Shown here piece by piece: positions 11,601 through 22,113 of a stretch of DNA of 64,000 nt (the stretch's first letter is position 1; each line of letters begins with the position of its first letter). A model generated the notes under the pieces. The model searched no databases, was not told the DNA's origin, and was given only the letters and a program-made list of their open reading frames with translations. This stretch comes from Macrostomum hystrix (taxonomy: Eukaryota; Animalia; Platyhelminthes), in contig CATNEN010000034.1 of assembly GCA_950097015.1 (NCBI GenBank), positions 5,828,001 to 5,892,000 on the forward strand. The letters run 5' to 3'. The translations under genes were made by a program, and so were the position numbers.

Positions 11601-14600
11601 ACCGGCCGTAAGCTGAACAGCTTTTTACTACTGTTTCTCCCATTTAAATAGCATGCCGCTATCGAAAGTTAAATTCGATGCCCGAAAAACATGGTAAATA
11701 ACATCGAATTAGACAAAGGGAGACGGATGACCTATTCAAGTCAATTTCGTTTTCTGTAACTTACATCTGAACTTTGAATTTCGCAAAGTACATTGTGCTT
11801 TAAAAATGAAAGCTGCATTTTGTTCGTTTAGTTGTAAGCATTGAGTAATAAGACCAGGACGACAATGACATTTAATTGGACAGTGCTAGATTACTAGAAT
11901 ATAATAGTGTGTTCAGCAGCTTTTCTGTTAAAAGAAAATCGATCATCCATACTTAGATTTCAGTATATTGACACAGCGCTTTGGAACTTTAGCTCTATAA
12001 CTCCAACACAAAAGTTTTATTGGCAAATAGAAAGCTGTGCCCATTAAGCCACGATATTCAGTTTAATTTAGTTGTGTTCTATTAGCAAAATTGTAGAAAT
12101 TATCCCAATTTCGATTTATTGATCTAAAAAGACAGCGTTATTGTTGAACAGATGGATGTCCGGCGCACTCATCAGCTGGGAGCAGCAGAGTGTGCCGGCC
12201 AGTAATTCTGCCCATCCTTTGACGGAACAATCTATCTCCCACTTTTGTGTAACTCAGCCATGCGTTTTGAGACAGCCATTTATAGTATAATGATTATCTG
12301 TCAAACGAGGCTTTAGGAGATTAAGCTACGAGTAAAATTAAACAGTAATTACGTGTAAACACCACACTCCCAGGCACGAAAGCAGACAGAAGTTTAAGAA
12401 AAGCAATAAATAAAACGCTTGATAATAAAACTACTTATTTAAGTATTTTGACAAATAAGACAAACTTCAATGATCGCTTCAACTGAGCGCTTCAATGATC
12501 GATTCTAGCAGCTATTGTTGTTCAGTGAAGTGTGCTCAGTGAAGCAATCTTTAAGATAAGATTTAGGAATCTGCAAATTCAGAAATTTTCTATCGGACAG
12601 ATGGATTTCCGGCGCACTCATCAGCTGGGAGCAGCAGAGTGTGCCAGGCCAGTAATTCTGTCCATCCTTTGACGGAACTATCTATCTCCCACTTTTGTGT
12701 ATTTACGTCGAGCGTTACGACACAGTGATATAAACGTTTCTAGTTTCAATGTCAAACGCGACTGTGAGAGACACTCAAACAACTTGAGTTAAATCGATTT
12801 AAAATGTAAATTTGAAGCTCTGCTCGCACCGTCAAGTTTTAGACTAATTAAATGTTAAATAGCACTGCAAAAAAGTGTGCTAAGCAGAACTGATTCTAAT
12901 CACACTAGATTATTATGACGAAACAATGCAGCTCCGTACGTGTGTTGGTATTGTGGCGAAATCCGAGTCATAGATACAAAAAATGCGCTTCGATGGCTTC
13001 TGTGAGACTCTGTTTAGTTATTTCTTTTTACTTTTCGAATTCAATATTCACAACCTTGTTGAGCAGCGACAATTATTAAAAAGTAACTATTCATAATACA
13101 AATTCTTGTCGCGATGCGTTTGCAATAGTAAAAATATTAAGCAGGCACTGCAGCAGCAATTGCACGGGCGCGGCACATCTGAAGGCAGCGTACAGCTGTT
13201 CAGTCCATGGACTGAAAGGACGCCGCACCCACTCTCAATTATCCCAGCTGATGCTGGTACCAACAGCTAGTCGTCTCGCTAAAGGACACAAATTGTTGCA
13301 GTGGAGTCGGTAATCGAACCCTCGACCTTTAAGTTGGGAGTCCGACGCCACTAGACTACAACCCCTACTTGCGCAATACAAGTAGGCTAATAGTCACCCT
13401 TATTTAATAGGTATTAGCAGCTTTTCATGTTGGACAGATGGATTTCCGGCGCACTCATCAGCTGGGAGCAGCAGAGTGTGCCGGCCAGTAATTCTGCCCC
13501 ATCCTTTGATGGAACTATCTATCTCCCACTTGTGTAACTCAGCCATGCGTTTTGAGACAGCCATTTATAGTATAATGATTATCTGTCAAACGAGGCTTTA
13601 GGAGATTAAGCTACGAGTAAAATTAAACAGTAATTACGTGTAAACACCACACTCCCAGGCACGAAAGCAGACAGAAGTTTAAGAAAAGCAATAAATAAAA
13701 CGCTTGATAATAAAACTACTTATTTAAGTCTTTTGACAAATAAGACAAACTTCAATGATCGCTTCAATGATCGCTTCAATGAGCGCTTCAATGATCGATT
13801 CTAGCAGCTATTGTTGTTCAGTGAAGTGTGCTCAGTGAAGCAATCTTTAAGATAAGATTTAGGAATCTGCAAATTCAGAAATTTTCTATCGGACAGATGG
13901 ATTTCCGGCGCACTCATCAGCTGGGAGCAGCAGAGTGTGCCGGCCAGTAATTCTGCCCATCCTTTGACGGAACAATCTATCTCCCACTTGTGTAACTCAG
14001 CCTTGCGTTTTGAGACAGCCATTTATAGTATAATGATTATCTGTCAAACGAGGCTTTAGGAGATTAAGCTACGAGTAAAATTAAACAGTAATTACGTGTA
14101 AACACCACACTCCCAGGCACGAAAGCAGACAGAAGTTTAAGAAAAGCAATAAATAAAACGCTTGATAATAAAACTACTTATTTAAGTCTTTTGACAAATA
14201 AGACAAACTTCAATGATCGCTTCAATGATCGCTTCAATGAGCGCTTCAATGATCGATTCTAGCAGCTATTGTTGTTCAGTGAAGTGTGCTCAGTGAAGCA
14301 ATCTTTAAGATAAGATTTAGGAATCTGCAAATTCAGAAATTTTCTATCGGACAGATGGATTTCCGGCGCACTCATCAGCTGGGAGCAGCAGAGTGTGCCG
14401 GCCAGTAATTCTGCCCATCCTTTGACGGAACTATCTATCTCCCACTTTTGTGTAACTCAGCCATGTGTTTTAAGACAGCCATTTATAGAATAATGATTAT
14501 CTGTCAAACGAGGCTGCGGGAGATTTTATGCTAAGGCCAAACAAATAGTATATTTAGGAGTGCTAATGTGCTACGACTTGCGAAAAATCATGAGGTAAGT

Positions 14601-17600
14601 AGGAAACGTAATAACGTGAAATCCAATCATCTAATTTAGAAATAGTCTGTTGAACAGATGGATGTCCAGCGCACCCAACAGCTGGAAGAAGCAAAGTGCG
14701 ACGGCCAGTAATTCTGTCCATCCTTTTGCGGAACAATCTATCTCGTAAAGTGTCAAATACTTTTTTGTGTTTAGACAGCGATGCCTAACCAATAATGGTT
14801 CGGCTGCTAAACTCCAATATGAGAGATACCCGGCATAACGCCAGTCCTATTACTATGATGCTTTATCAAACAAAATAGAAGAATAGAAAATAGCACCAGG
14901 CCCACCTTGAGACTAGCCTGACTAGATAGCTTCTTGGCGCACTGCGGGCACTCGATTGGTCGCGAGAAGTGAGCGCGCAGGTGTGGCAGCAGAGTCTGGC
15001 GCAGACGAAATCGCTTATGACAGACAAAGCAGGAGAATGGCCGGTCCTTGGTGTGCCGACGCATGTGTCTGCGATTAAGATGGGTTAGGCATGGCTACAG
15101 AGTAACTACAAAATCAGTGCTTAAGTACAATTAGTTTAACTGCGATATAAACATACCTAGCCAAATCGACAATACGTCTAAATGCGTGCCGACACACCAT
15201 GCAGCGCTTACGATTGGCCACAGATTCGTAAGTGAAGCTGCGTCCCGTTGCTTTATCTAATTGCAGTTTTAACCAGCGGTTGCAGAGCAATAATAGTTGA
15301 AGAGGAAGATGCCTGCTGGTGTGGCTCAGCTGGCTGCTGCTTCTGACTAGCTGACAGTTTATCCGGTGATGATTTCACTGTCCTGCGCTTCGGCCTAGCG
15401 CTGCCACTTTTAGCTGGTTCTTCGGAAGAAGGCGCCGCGGCTGCAAGCGCAATGACATGGGTTGTATCAACTTGAACCTCAGTCGCATCGTCAGCGGCAT
15501 TGGTGTTAACAATTTCGTTGGCGTTGGCAGTCTCGGCGGCATTGTCATTGTCCGGCGCAGGCTCCGTGACAGTGCCGACACTCTTTGACTTTGGCGGCCT
15601 GCGTCGGCGAATCTTTTTAACGATGGCGCTGACCTGCAAATTTCCAGTTTCGGATATAAAAATAAAAAAAAAATGTTATTGAAGTAGAGTGATTTGAATT
15701 TATTGTTGAACAGTTGGAAGTCCGGCGCACTCATCAGCTTGGAGCAGCAGAGTGTGCCGGCCAGTAATTCTGTCCACGGAACAATTTATCTCCCACTTTT
15801 GTGTAACTTAAGCCATGCGTTTTGATACAGCCATTTAAAATGTAAAGCTTCACTGTCAAACGTGGCTGTAGGAGATTCATTTAAAGTTAAAAATTCCTTT
15901 ATATAAGCAACTTAGGACAATACTTTATTGCTTAACTTTACGATATGTATGGGCTATGGGTGTGAGTGGCAGGGCGGTCTAACGTATTTTGCACCAATGT
16001 CTTTAAGTTCGATTCCGCGGCGAGGCCACATTCATTTGGGGCGCAGACGCGGAGAGAAGGCTTGGGGGCTTGTCGTGCAATTTACGCCCTTAAGGGCCAA
16101 CCTCCAAGGCACAGTGAAAGTGTACATTGCCTGGCGATGAGAAAGTCAGGGAAAGTGTACACAAATGTGTGCGTGTGTGCTCAGGAGTCAGTGGAATTGG
16201 CAGAATTGCCTCCTCGCGCTGGCTGAGGGTCTACTGTCACCAAATGATGCGCCATTGCTCCCAGCCCTCCTGCAATTATTATTATTATTATTACGATATG
16301 CATATAAATATCGGATACAAGGAAGAAGAATCTGAGCAGGTTAATACCTGCGGATCGCTTGCACTGTCACCGTGCTGTCTAGCCATGTGCAGTTTGAGAT
16401 TGTATCGCTGGGCCGTTGAGAATGCGCACAATTCGCATCGGTGCTTGCTGCCAGCGTGCAGGCGTTCATGAGTGCGCAGGGTGGCCCGCTGGCTGAACGC
16501 CTTGTCGCAGGCCACGCATTTGTAGGGCTTCTCGCCGGTGTGCGACAACAGATGGCGGAGAAGCAGGAAAGATTTCGGGAATTGTTTGTTGCACAGGGGG
16601 CAACGCCTGGGCTGACTGGGGTTCACCAGTTGGGCAGCCCGAGTGCCGCGCAGCTCTTCAGCGGATTCAACAATATTTGAAAGGCCGTGCGACGTATCGG
16701 CGATGACAACGCCGGCTGCGGTGGGTATCTTGGATGGGCGACGAAATGTGCGACGTTTCTTTTTTGATCGCTGCTGCTGGAATAAATGCGTTGGTTTTGT
16801 AACTTTTAGCGATTAAAGACAGTACAGAGTGCAACTAGGTAAACAGCAAGGGATTAACCGATCACTAAGAGATCGGTGGGGAGGGATTAACCGATCGCTA
16901 AAAGATCGGTGGCAAGGGATTAACCGATCGATAAAAGATCGTTGGGAAGGGATTATCCGATCACTAAGAGATCGGTGGGAAGGGATTATCCGATCACTAA
17001 GAGATCGGTGGGAAGGGATTAACCGATCACTAAGAGATCGGTGGGAAGGGATTAACCGATCACTAAGAGATCGGTGGGAAGGGATTAACCGATCACTAAG
17101 AGATCGGTGGGAAGGGATTAACCGATCACTAAGAGATCGGTGGGAAGGATTATCCGATCACTAAGAGATCGGTGGGAAGGGATTAACTGATCACTAAGAG
17201 ATCGGTGGGAAGGGATTAACCGATCACTGAGATCGGTGAGAAGGGAAATATTACAATAGACAAAAGATCATCTGTAGTCAAAACGCAAATCTAACCTTTG
17301 AATTAGTGGTCTGTTGGTGCTGCAGTCGCTTTAGATTCACAATAGTAGCAGGTGTAGCAGAATTAGCAGCAGCAGAAGTAGGAACTAGAGCAAGATCGCT
17401 CAACGCCTCGACTGTCTCAGGCGAGGTCGTCTGTTGTTTGTCGAAATTCGAGCGAAGCTTAGAGCCGCAGACGGCGCGAAAATGTAGCAACAGATTTAGG
17501 CGCTGATCAAAATCGGCGCCGCACACCGGGCACTGATAGACCTCGTCAGTCCAGTGCAGGGAGCAGTGCGCGACAAAGGCCGACCGGCGGAGAATCCGCT

Positions 17601-18336
17601 TGTCACAGATCGGACAGACGAAGCCTGAAGTGGCGGTAACGGATGACGATTCCTCATCACCTGGCCGATGATTAATAGCCGCATGCAGTTTAAGATTGTC
17701 TTCAGTAGAATAGGCCTCGTCGCAGTCGGGCTCCTGACAGGCGAATGGCTTACTTAGTGCGTGATCTAGCACATGAGCTATTAATGACTGACAGGATAAT
17801 AAATTCTGACAGCAGGGGCAGTATGCGTAGCCAATAGGAGGCGGTGATCTGGCGGAGATGGCCAGTTCGGAGCTCTGCTGCTGAGATGATGACGATCGAT
17901 GGTGTTGTCTACGTTGAAAATGCTGCTGCTGCTGTTGCAGTGGCTGTAGCTGCAGCGCCTGAGTTGGCGACTGCTCAGCGAAGCTAACAATCTGCAAGTA
18001 GGTTGTAGAGTTGTTGGGATCTGATGCTGCAAGCGCCTGCACGGAGGCCGAAGATGAAGGTACGGCTGTGTCGTCAGTGGCAATCGTGAGAGTCTGGAAG
18101 ACATTGCCAGAGCTGATGGGGGCGTCAGTCCACAGGGCGGACAGTGGAGCATCTCCAGATGCTGATGAAACATTCAGTATTTGAAAATAACGACCATCGA
18201 GTTCGATACATTGAATCCCAGTAGGTGCTGTAGCAGAAGACACATCTAAGCCATCAAATGTAACGTAGATGCGCTGTTCCGCCTCAGTCTGAAGAAGCAA
18301 CTGCTGCTGCTGCTGCTGCTGCTTGAGCTGCTCCAT
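2673..18336 (-). CDS. Large multi-cluster C2H2 zinc-finger protein (~1,920 aa, ~27 fingers, polyQ tracts), 10 exons
   Basis: Exons 18336-17296, 16776-16348, 15633-15157, 15068-14906, 10685-10125, 9392-9128, 8535-8183, 7461-7081, 5775-5326 and 4328-2673. Phases are compatible and several fingers are split across exons (CMVCRHAF..R|HMRRH, SLK|VHMRRH, CNVCHK|GFRT..H); TGEKPY-type linkers present. One extra base (or a short intron) is needed in exon 3. An alternative stop at 9087 would split this into two genes. Confidence 0.8.
4430..5250. repeat. 28 bp minisatellite (CCTGGAAACCGTTCCCTTGATTGTCACT), ~29 copies, intronic
   Basis: Direct tandem periodicity. Confidence 0.95.
5985..6430. repeat. 20 bp minisatellite (ACTTTCCTTCGAGTTTCTGT), ~20 copies, intronic
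   Basis: Direct tandem periodicity; explains the spurious ORFs at 5975-6441. Confidence 0.95.
6470..6930. repeat. 20 bp minisatellite (ACTTTCATTGCAATTCCTGT), ~23 copies, intronic
   Basis: Direct tandem periodicity; related to the adjacent 20-mer array. Confidence 0.95.
9450..9625 (-). mobile_element. tRNA-derived SINE family 1, headless copy
   Basis: Reverse complement matches the body and tail of the copies at 15960 and 33562 (AGGGCCAACCTCCAAGGCA..CTGCCTGAC..CTCAGGAGTCAG). Confidence 0.75.
9628..9812 (+). mobile_element. tRNA-derived SINE family 1, 3'-truncated copy
   Basis: Pol III A box TGGCAGAGCGG, B box AGTTCGATTCC, and the shared body GCCACATTCATTTGG..CACTGCCTGACGATGAGAAAG. Confidence 0.75.
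10770..10966 (-). ncRNA. Candidate box H/ACA guide RNA, family A copy 1
   Basis: Hairpin, H box (ACAAAA), hairpin, ACA+3 nt. The 3' hairpin has pocket strands TTTACG / AACCAAC, 14 nt from ACA. Confidence 0.7.
11036..11222 (-). ncRNA. Candidate box H/ACA guide RNA, family A copy 2
   Basis: H box ACAATA and ACA box; upper stem GCCGATGGACTT/AAGTTCATTGGT, compensatory relative to copy 1. Confidence 0.72.
11292..11482 (-). ncRNA. Candidate box H/ACA guide RNA, family A copy 3
   Basis: Same fold and ACA box; the H box is degenerate (ACAGTG). Confidence 0.62.
11528..11724 (-). ncRNA. Candidate box H/ACA guide RNA, family A copy 4
   Basis: H box ACAGTA and ACA box; lower stem GTTCAG/CTGAAC is compensatory versus GATCAG/CTGATC; 5' hairpin upper stem AATTCGATGT/GCATCGAATT. 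Confidence 0.7.
12139..12307 (-). ncRNA. Candidate box H/ACA guide RNA, family B copy 1
   Basis: H box AAAGGA, lower stem GGGCAGA/TCTGTTC, upper stem CCGGC/GCCGG, ACA 15 nt from the pocket. Confidence 0.65.
12588..12758 (-). ncRNA. Candidate box H/ACA guide RNA, family B copy 2 (AUA box variant)
   Basis: Lower stem GGACAGA/TCTGTCC, H box AAAGGA, ATA at the ACA position; the 5' half is diverged. Confidence 0.55.
13230..13370 (-). mobile_element. tRNA-derived SINE family 2
   Basis: Minus strand shows A box TGTAGTCTAGTGG and B box GGTTCGATTACC; body shared with 41935-42110 and 59195-59290. Confidence 0.65.
13425..13592 (-). ncRNA. Candidate box H/ACA guide RNA, family B copy 3
   Basis: Same fold, H box AAAGGA, ACA box. 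Confidence 0.65.
13884..14050 (-). ncRNA. Candidate box H/ACA guide RNA, family B copy 4 (AUA box variant)
   Basis: Part of a near-identical ~459 bp tandem duplication unit. Confidence 0.58.
14342..14510 (-). ncRNA. Candidate box H/ACA guide RNA, family B copy 5 (AUA box variant)
   Basis: Part of the ~459 bp tandem duplication unit. Confidence 0.58.
14645..14790 (-). ncRNA. Diverged H/ACA family B copy 6
   Basis: 3' hairpin diverged but still pairs (GCACTT/GGGTGC); ACA retained; 5' half rearranged. Confidence 0.45.
15701..15862 (-). ncRNA. H/ACA family B copy 7 in intron 2, probably decayed
   Basis: ACA retained, but the segment carrying the H box (forward TCCTTTGA) is deleted. Confidence 0.45.
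15960..16293 (+). mobile_element. tRNA-derived SINE family 1, near full length, (ATT)n tail
   Basis: A/B boxes, shared body, and a terminal ATTATTATT run. Confidence 0.8.
16845..17245. repeat. 33 bp minisatellite (GGGAAGGGATTAACCGATCACTAAGAGATCGGT), ~12 copies, intronic
   Basis: Direct periodicity; each unit contains the hairpin ACCGATC/GATCGGT. Confidence 0.95.
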
Positions 18337-19129
18337 GATGATAATTGGATAGCAGACAATTCAAGGTGACAAAATTAATTAGAATTAACTACATTGATGA
18401 TTACTAAAATGCACAGCTGGAAAAGCATAGATTTTTTGGTCAATTAGAAGTTGAATTTGTAAATAATAAATAATATTTGCTAGATATATTTATTATAATA
18501 TAATAACTCATATTCTAGCTTGCTTCATTTCTTGGTTTACTAAGAAGTGCCTACTGATTTTTCAAATTATTTATGAATCAGCTTTTATTTGTCATCATAA
18601 ATATAATAACTAAATTCTAAAGACAAGAAACTACATGAATTCCTGTTGTTTTGGCCATAGCCACTTTGGCCAAAAGTCGAATGAGCATTATAATGCACAT
18701 TTATTATAGTTCTGTCCGCACATAAATGTACTGTCCATAATTTTCAATACATTTAAGCAGTTCTTAAATGAGTTGAAGCCTACCGGGCTGTACATCTGGC
18801 GAATGTACATCTGATAACTTTTGCCAGCTATAAAAGGTGAGAATCAATGCAAATCAATGATTCAATGCCTGTGCATTTAGCTATCCATTGGGCATAAAAT
18901 AGTGGCATAATTTCAATAGCTGACATGAAAATGCTGATGCATCACAATACCGATTGAGTCTGGCAAGTGTATTTTCTGTTCTTCTGAGGTGAGGCAACAA
19001 CAGTAGGCAATTAGCTTTGACATATGCAGTCAATGGCAACACCAAAAGTGTCATACAGGTAAGAAGATATTTCACTTTCATTTTCTGCAGTTGTAGCTCT
19101 TGCGATAACACTATCAAAATGTTGTCTGA

Positions 19130-19780
19130 ACGTTGCCATTTTCACAATTCCAGGAATTTCCCAGGTAGAGATTTGTCAACTAAAAGGCGCAGAATTTTTG
19201 TGGGTCTGCTCGCTTTGTGCTGACAGTGCAGTTCACGATGAAGGTTGGCGATGCTGGCAATGAGGATGGCGGCAAAGGTGGCGATGCTGGCAATGAGGAT
19301 GGTGGCAAGACAGCAAAGGTGGTGATGCTGACAAAAAAGATGGCAAAGGTGGCAATGCTGGCAACAAAGATGGTGGCAATGACAGTGAAAGTGGTGATGC
19401 TGGCAATGAAGATGGCAAAGGTGGCGATGCTAGCGAAAATGTAGTGAATATGGACAGCCATAGATTATTGTGTACTCTGAGGCTGGCATTCGGCATCTTG
19501 TTGCTAAAAAAACCTGGTTCATGGATGGAAAGTTTTATATTGTTAATGAACCATTTTATCAGCTGTTTACCCTTCATGCCTTCCTAAAATCTAATGACAA
19601 TACCAAGCAACTGCCAATATTTTATGTCCTGATGAGCCGACACAAAAAGAACAACTACAAGCTGGTTCTACACTGTATTCTACAGCTTCCCCTGCCCCTT
19701 GCCAACTGTCCCTTGACTCCAATCAGTTGTCACTAACTTTGAGAAGGCGATCTAGAGTACCTGCAAGTTGGTTCTGCCCA
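19130..19780 (+). mobile_element. Decayed MULE/Mutator transposase fragment
   Basis: KKTWFMDGKFYIVNEPFYQLFTLHAF..LPIFYVLMSRHKKNNY followed by VVTNFEKAI resemble the MULE DGTF and DFE motifs; broken by stops and a low-complexity insert. Confidence 0.65.
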
Positions 19781-22113
19781 TAGTTGCCACAGGTCGTGAA
19801 GAAATTAGTAGCGCAGAAAGGTAAAAATAGCGCAGGTTCACCCAAATGACAAAACGTGCGATATATATGACCCCCTTTGCTGCCCAGCCCCCCCGCCCAC
19901 GCCCAACTGCTTCTTTCTCTCCCTCTTACTGTCTGTCATCCAGACAATGACAGCAAAAGGCAGCATAAATTAATGTGCACTGAATAAGAAACCTGTTTAT
20001 TTTTTAGCAAAAAATTGATTTGTCTCAGAAGGGTTTTAAGTATAAAGGGAGGGGGAAGAAATCCAGACAGAAGACATCCATGGGGTGGGCCTTAATCCTT
20101 TTTAGTCTTTGGGTAGAAAAGTGGACGAGGGAGAGATTCACAGCCCAGCCAATTGCAAGTGAGCTGTGGCGTTTGACTTTAAAGTTGGGGTAAGAGAAGT
20201 GTCAAAATAAACATGGGGTTACACCACGGGTCGGCAATCTAACTGCAACCCCTCCTCCAGAGACTTCTAGAAATAACGACTGGACCCGCAAGCCGCAAGG
20301 CACAGCGATGACTAATGTTTTCCCTGCAAGTTGAGGCCGGCATTTTTAGGGGCAGATGGAAGTGCACAAACTTGTTTACTGCAGCCAGAGACTTCTAGAA
20401 GTAACAGCTTTGTTATTTCTAGAAGTCTCTGCCCCTCCTCCAATGTACAGTATCAGTCTGGCGAGAGAAAAACAATCTCATAAAGCTCAACTTGTGACAG
20501 AAATCACACTTCAGCGCAGAATTGGTCATGTTTTGCAAATAGTAGCGCAATATTGCAGGCAATTGAGAATAGCGCAGCTGCGCTAAAATAGCGCAGCAGT
20601 GGCAACTATGGTTCTGCCAGACATGCATATTTCTGGATGTTAATTCTATTTCTAGCAAGCACAGATAAGGCCTTCAAAAGGCTGGTTGCAGGTGGCCTAC
20701 CAAACCAATGGCACCATGAGACAGTATTGCCGAAAAGTACTGTTACTTTTATGTCTGCCACCTCAGCATGTCTCCCAAGCATTTGCAGGGGCTCATGTTT
20801 TTACCTTTCTTTGTGTACCAAGTCTTCTTCTTTTATTACTTGAATACTACGCCAATATTTTAAGCATGTATTTAAAATTATTTGTCATTGTAAAAGTCTA
20901 ATTCAGCTTTCTATCATTGCCATAGGCCTATCCATTATTTACCAAGGACTTGTCAGTTTGATGCCTAACATTGACCAAACAATGCACTAGAAAATAAAAA
21001 CCTAAAAAATCCCTAATGGTCTTGAAACATGCACTAGTCATAATGAAATTAATTTAATAGGCCCTACTACACTTTTTGAGGAAATTTATTTACAATATAG
21101 CTTTATTTTCTATTATAGATTAATCCTCTAATGTTAATTCTTCTCCATTAGATTATTGTTAGACTCTTGACTCACAGAGCTTTAAAAGCAAAAAATGGCA
21201 TACATTAAGAGTAGGCCTAAGAAACTGAAATATAAAGCTACTGCTAGAATTTTTTTGCTTGATTTCTGTAGCTAGGCAGCTAGCTAAAAAAGCAAATATT
21301 GTTATCATTGTCTAAAGGCTGATTAGCTAGAAAAGCTAGATCCAGTCATAGCTATATCTATATTCTATTATTTGACATACAGCCACAGCTATATCTGATT
21401 CAATTAGATAGTAACTAAGCTATGTAGGTTGCTACTAAGCAAGCTAATATTTTAATAATAGCTAGAATAGCAAGTAGGTCCTATTGCAATTGGCCTGGCT
21501 GGCTGCTTGGTTAAATGCTAGGCTATGCTCGCCCCTAGTTAGAATTTAGACAACACTCGTTGCATTGAAGTCATAAATGTGTAAGAGTTTGTCTTATATG
21601 AGTTTTTAGAACTTCTGAATGAGCTTTAACTGTGCTTTGCCACTTAAGTACTAAGAGCTATCGTATCGTATCCAATAACTATAAGCACTGACACATCATA
21701 GGTTGCCGTTGCAGTGCTCAGCTCAGCCTTTGTTTGACGTACGTGGACGAATATTCCCAAAATTTGCGAATTTAAACACGAACAATTAAACAAGCATAAA
21801 TCCACAGGGGTGATCTTAAGCATAATAAACGTAAAAATATAAATTTACAAGATATATATTATTCTTATTTGCATTAATGTTATAAACAACTGCGCGATAA
21901 CGATAAAATAATGACTTAATTTCCCAACGTTTTTTAAATAATAACGAAAGCTTCTCTGTATCTATAACTTCTTTTTTTGCAAAAAGGCTTTAGTGCTTTT
22001 TATATTTGGTAAGAAACTGTCGCCGATTGCGATTTGCTCACAAAATCCATATCTTTTTCTTAACTTGCAATCCATATCTTTGAATTTATTGCTTAGAATA
22101 CGCATTTTCGCTA

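Noticed and set aside
10770-11724. miRNA cluster reading of family A hairpins
   Set aside because: Large internal loops, ~35-nt apical regions, and conserved H/ACA boxes with a second hairpin argue against Drosha/Dicer substrates.
13290-13365. tRNA gene (also tRNA-like heads near 9050 and 52850)
   Set aside because: Only A/B boxes are present; no complete cloverleaf or acceptor stem, and the copy at 13290 continues into a SINE body.
12150-14420. Hammerhead ribozyme reading of the family B repeat (minus strand CTGATGAG..GGAAA)
   Set aside because: GAAA is not conserved among copies (GACA, GACT), stem II geometry is wrong, and CTGATGAG is paired within a larger hairpin; the H/ACA model fits all copies better.
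15253-15275. Programmed ribosomal frameshifting as the cause of the frame breaks here and in RAB18
   Set aside because: No recognisable slippery heptamer or stimulatory structure; both are +1 indels in short homopolymers, typical of assembly error.
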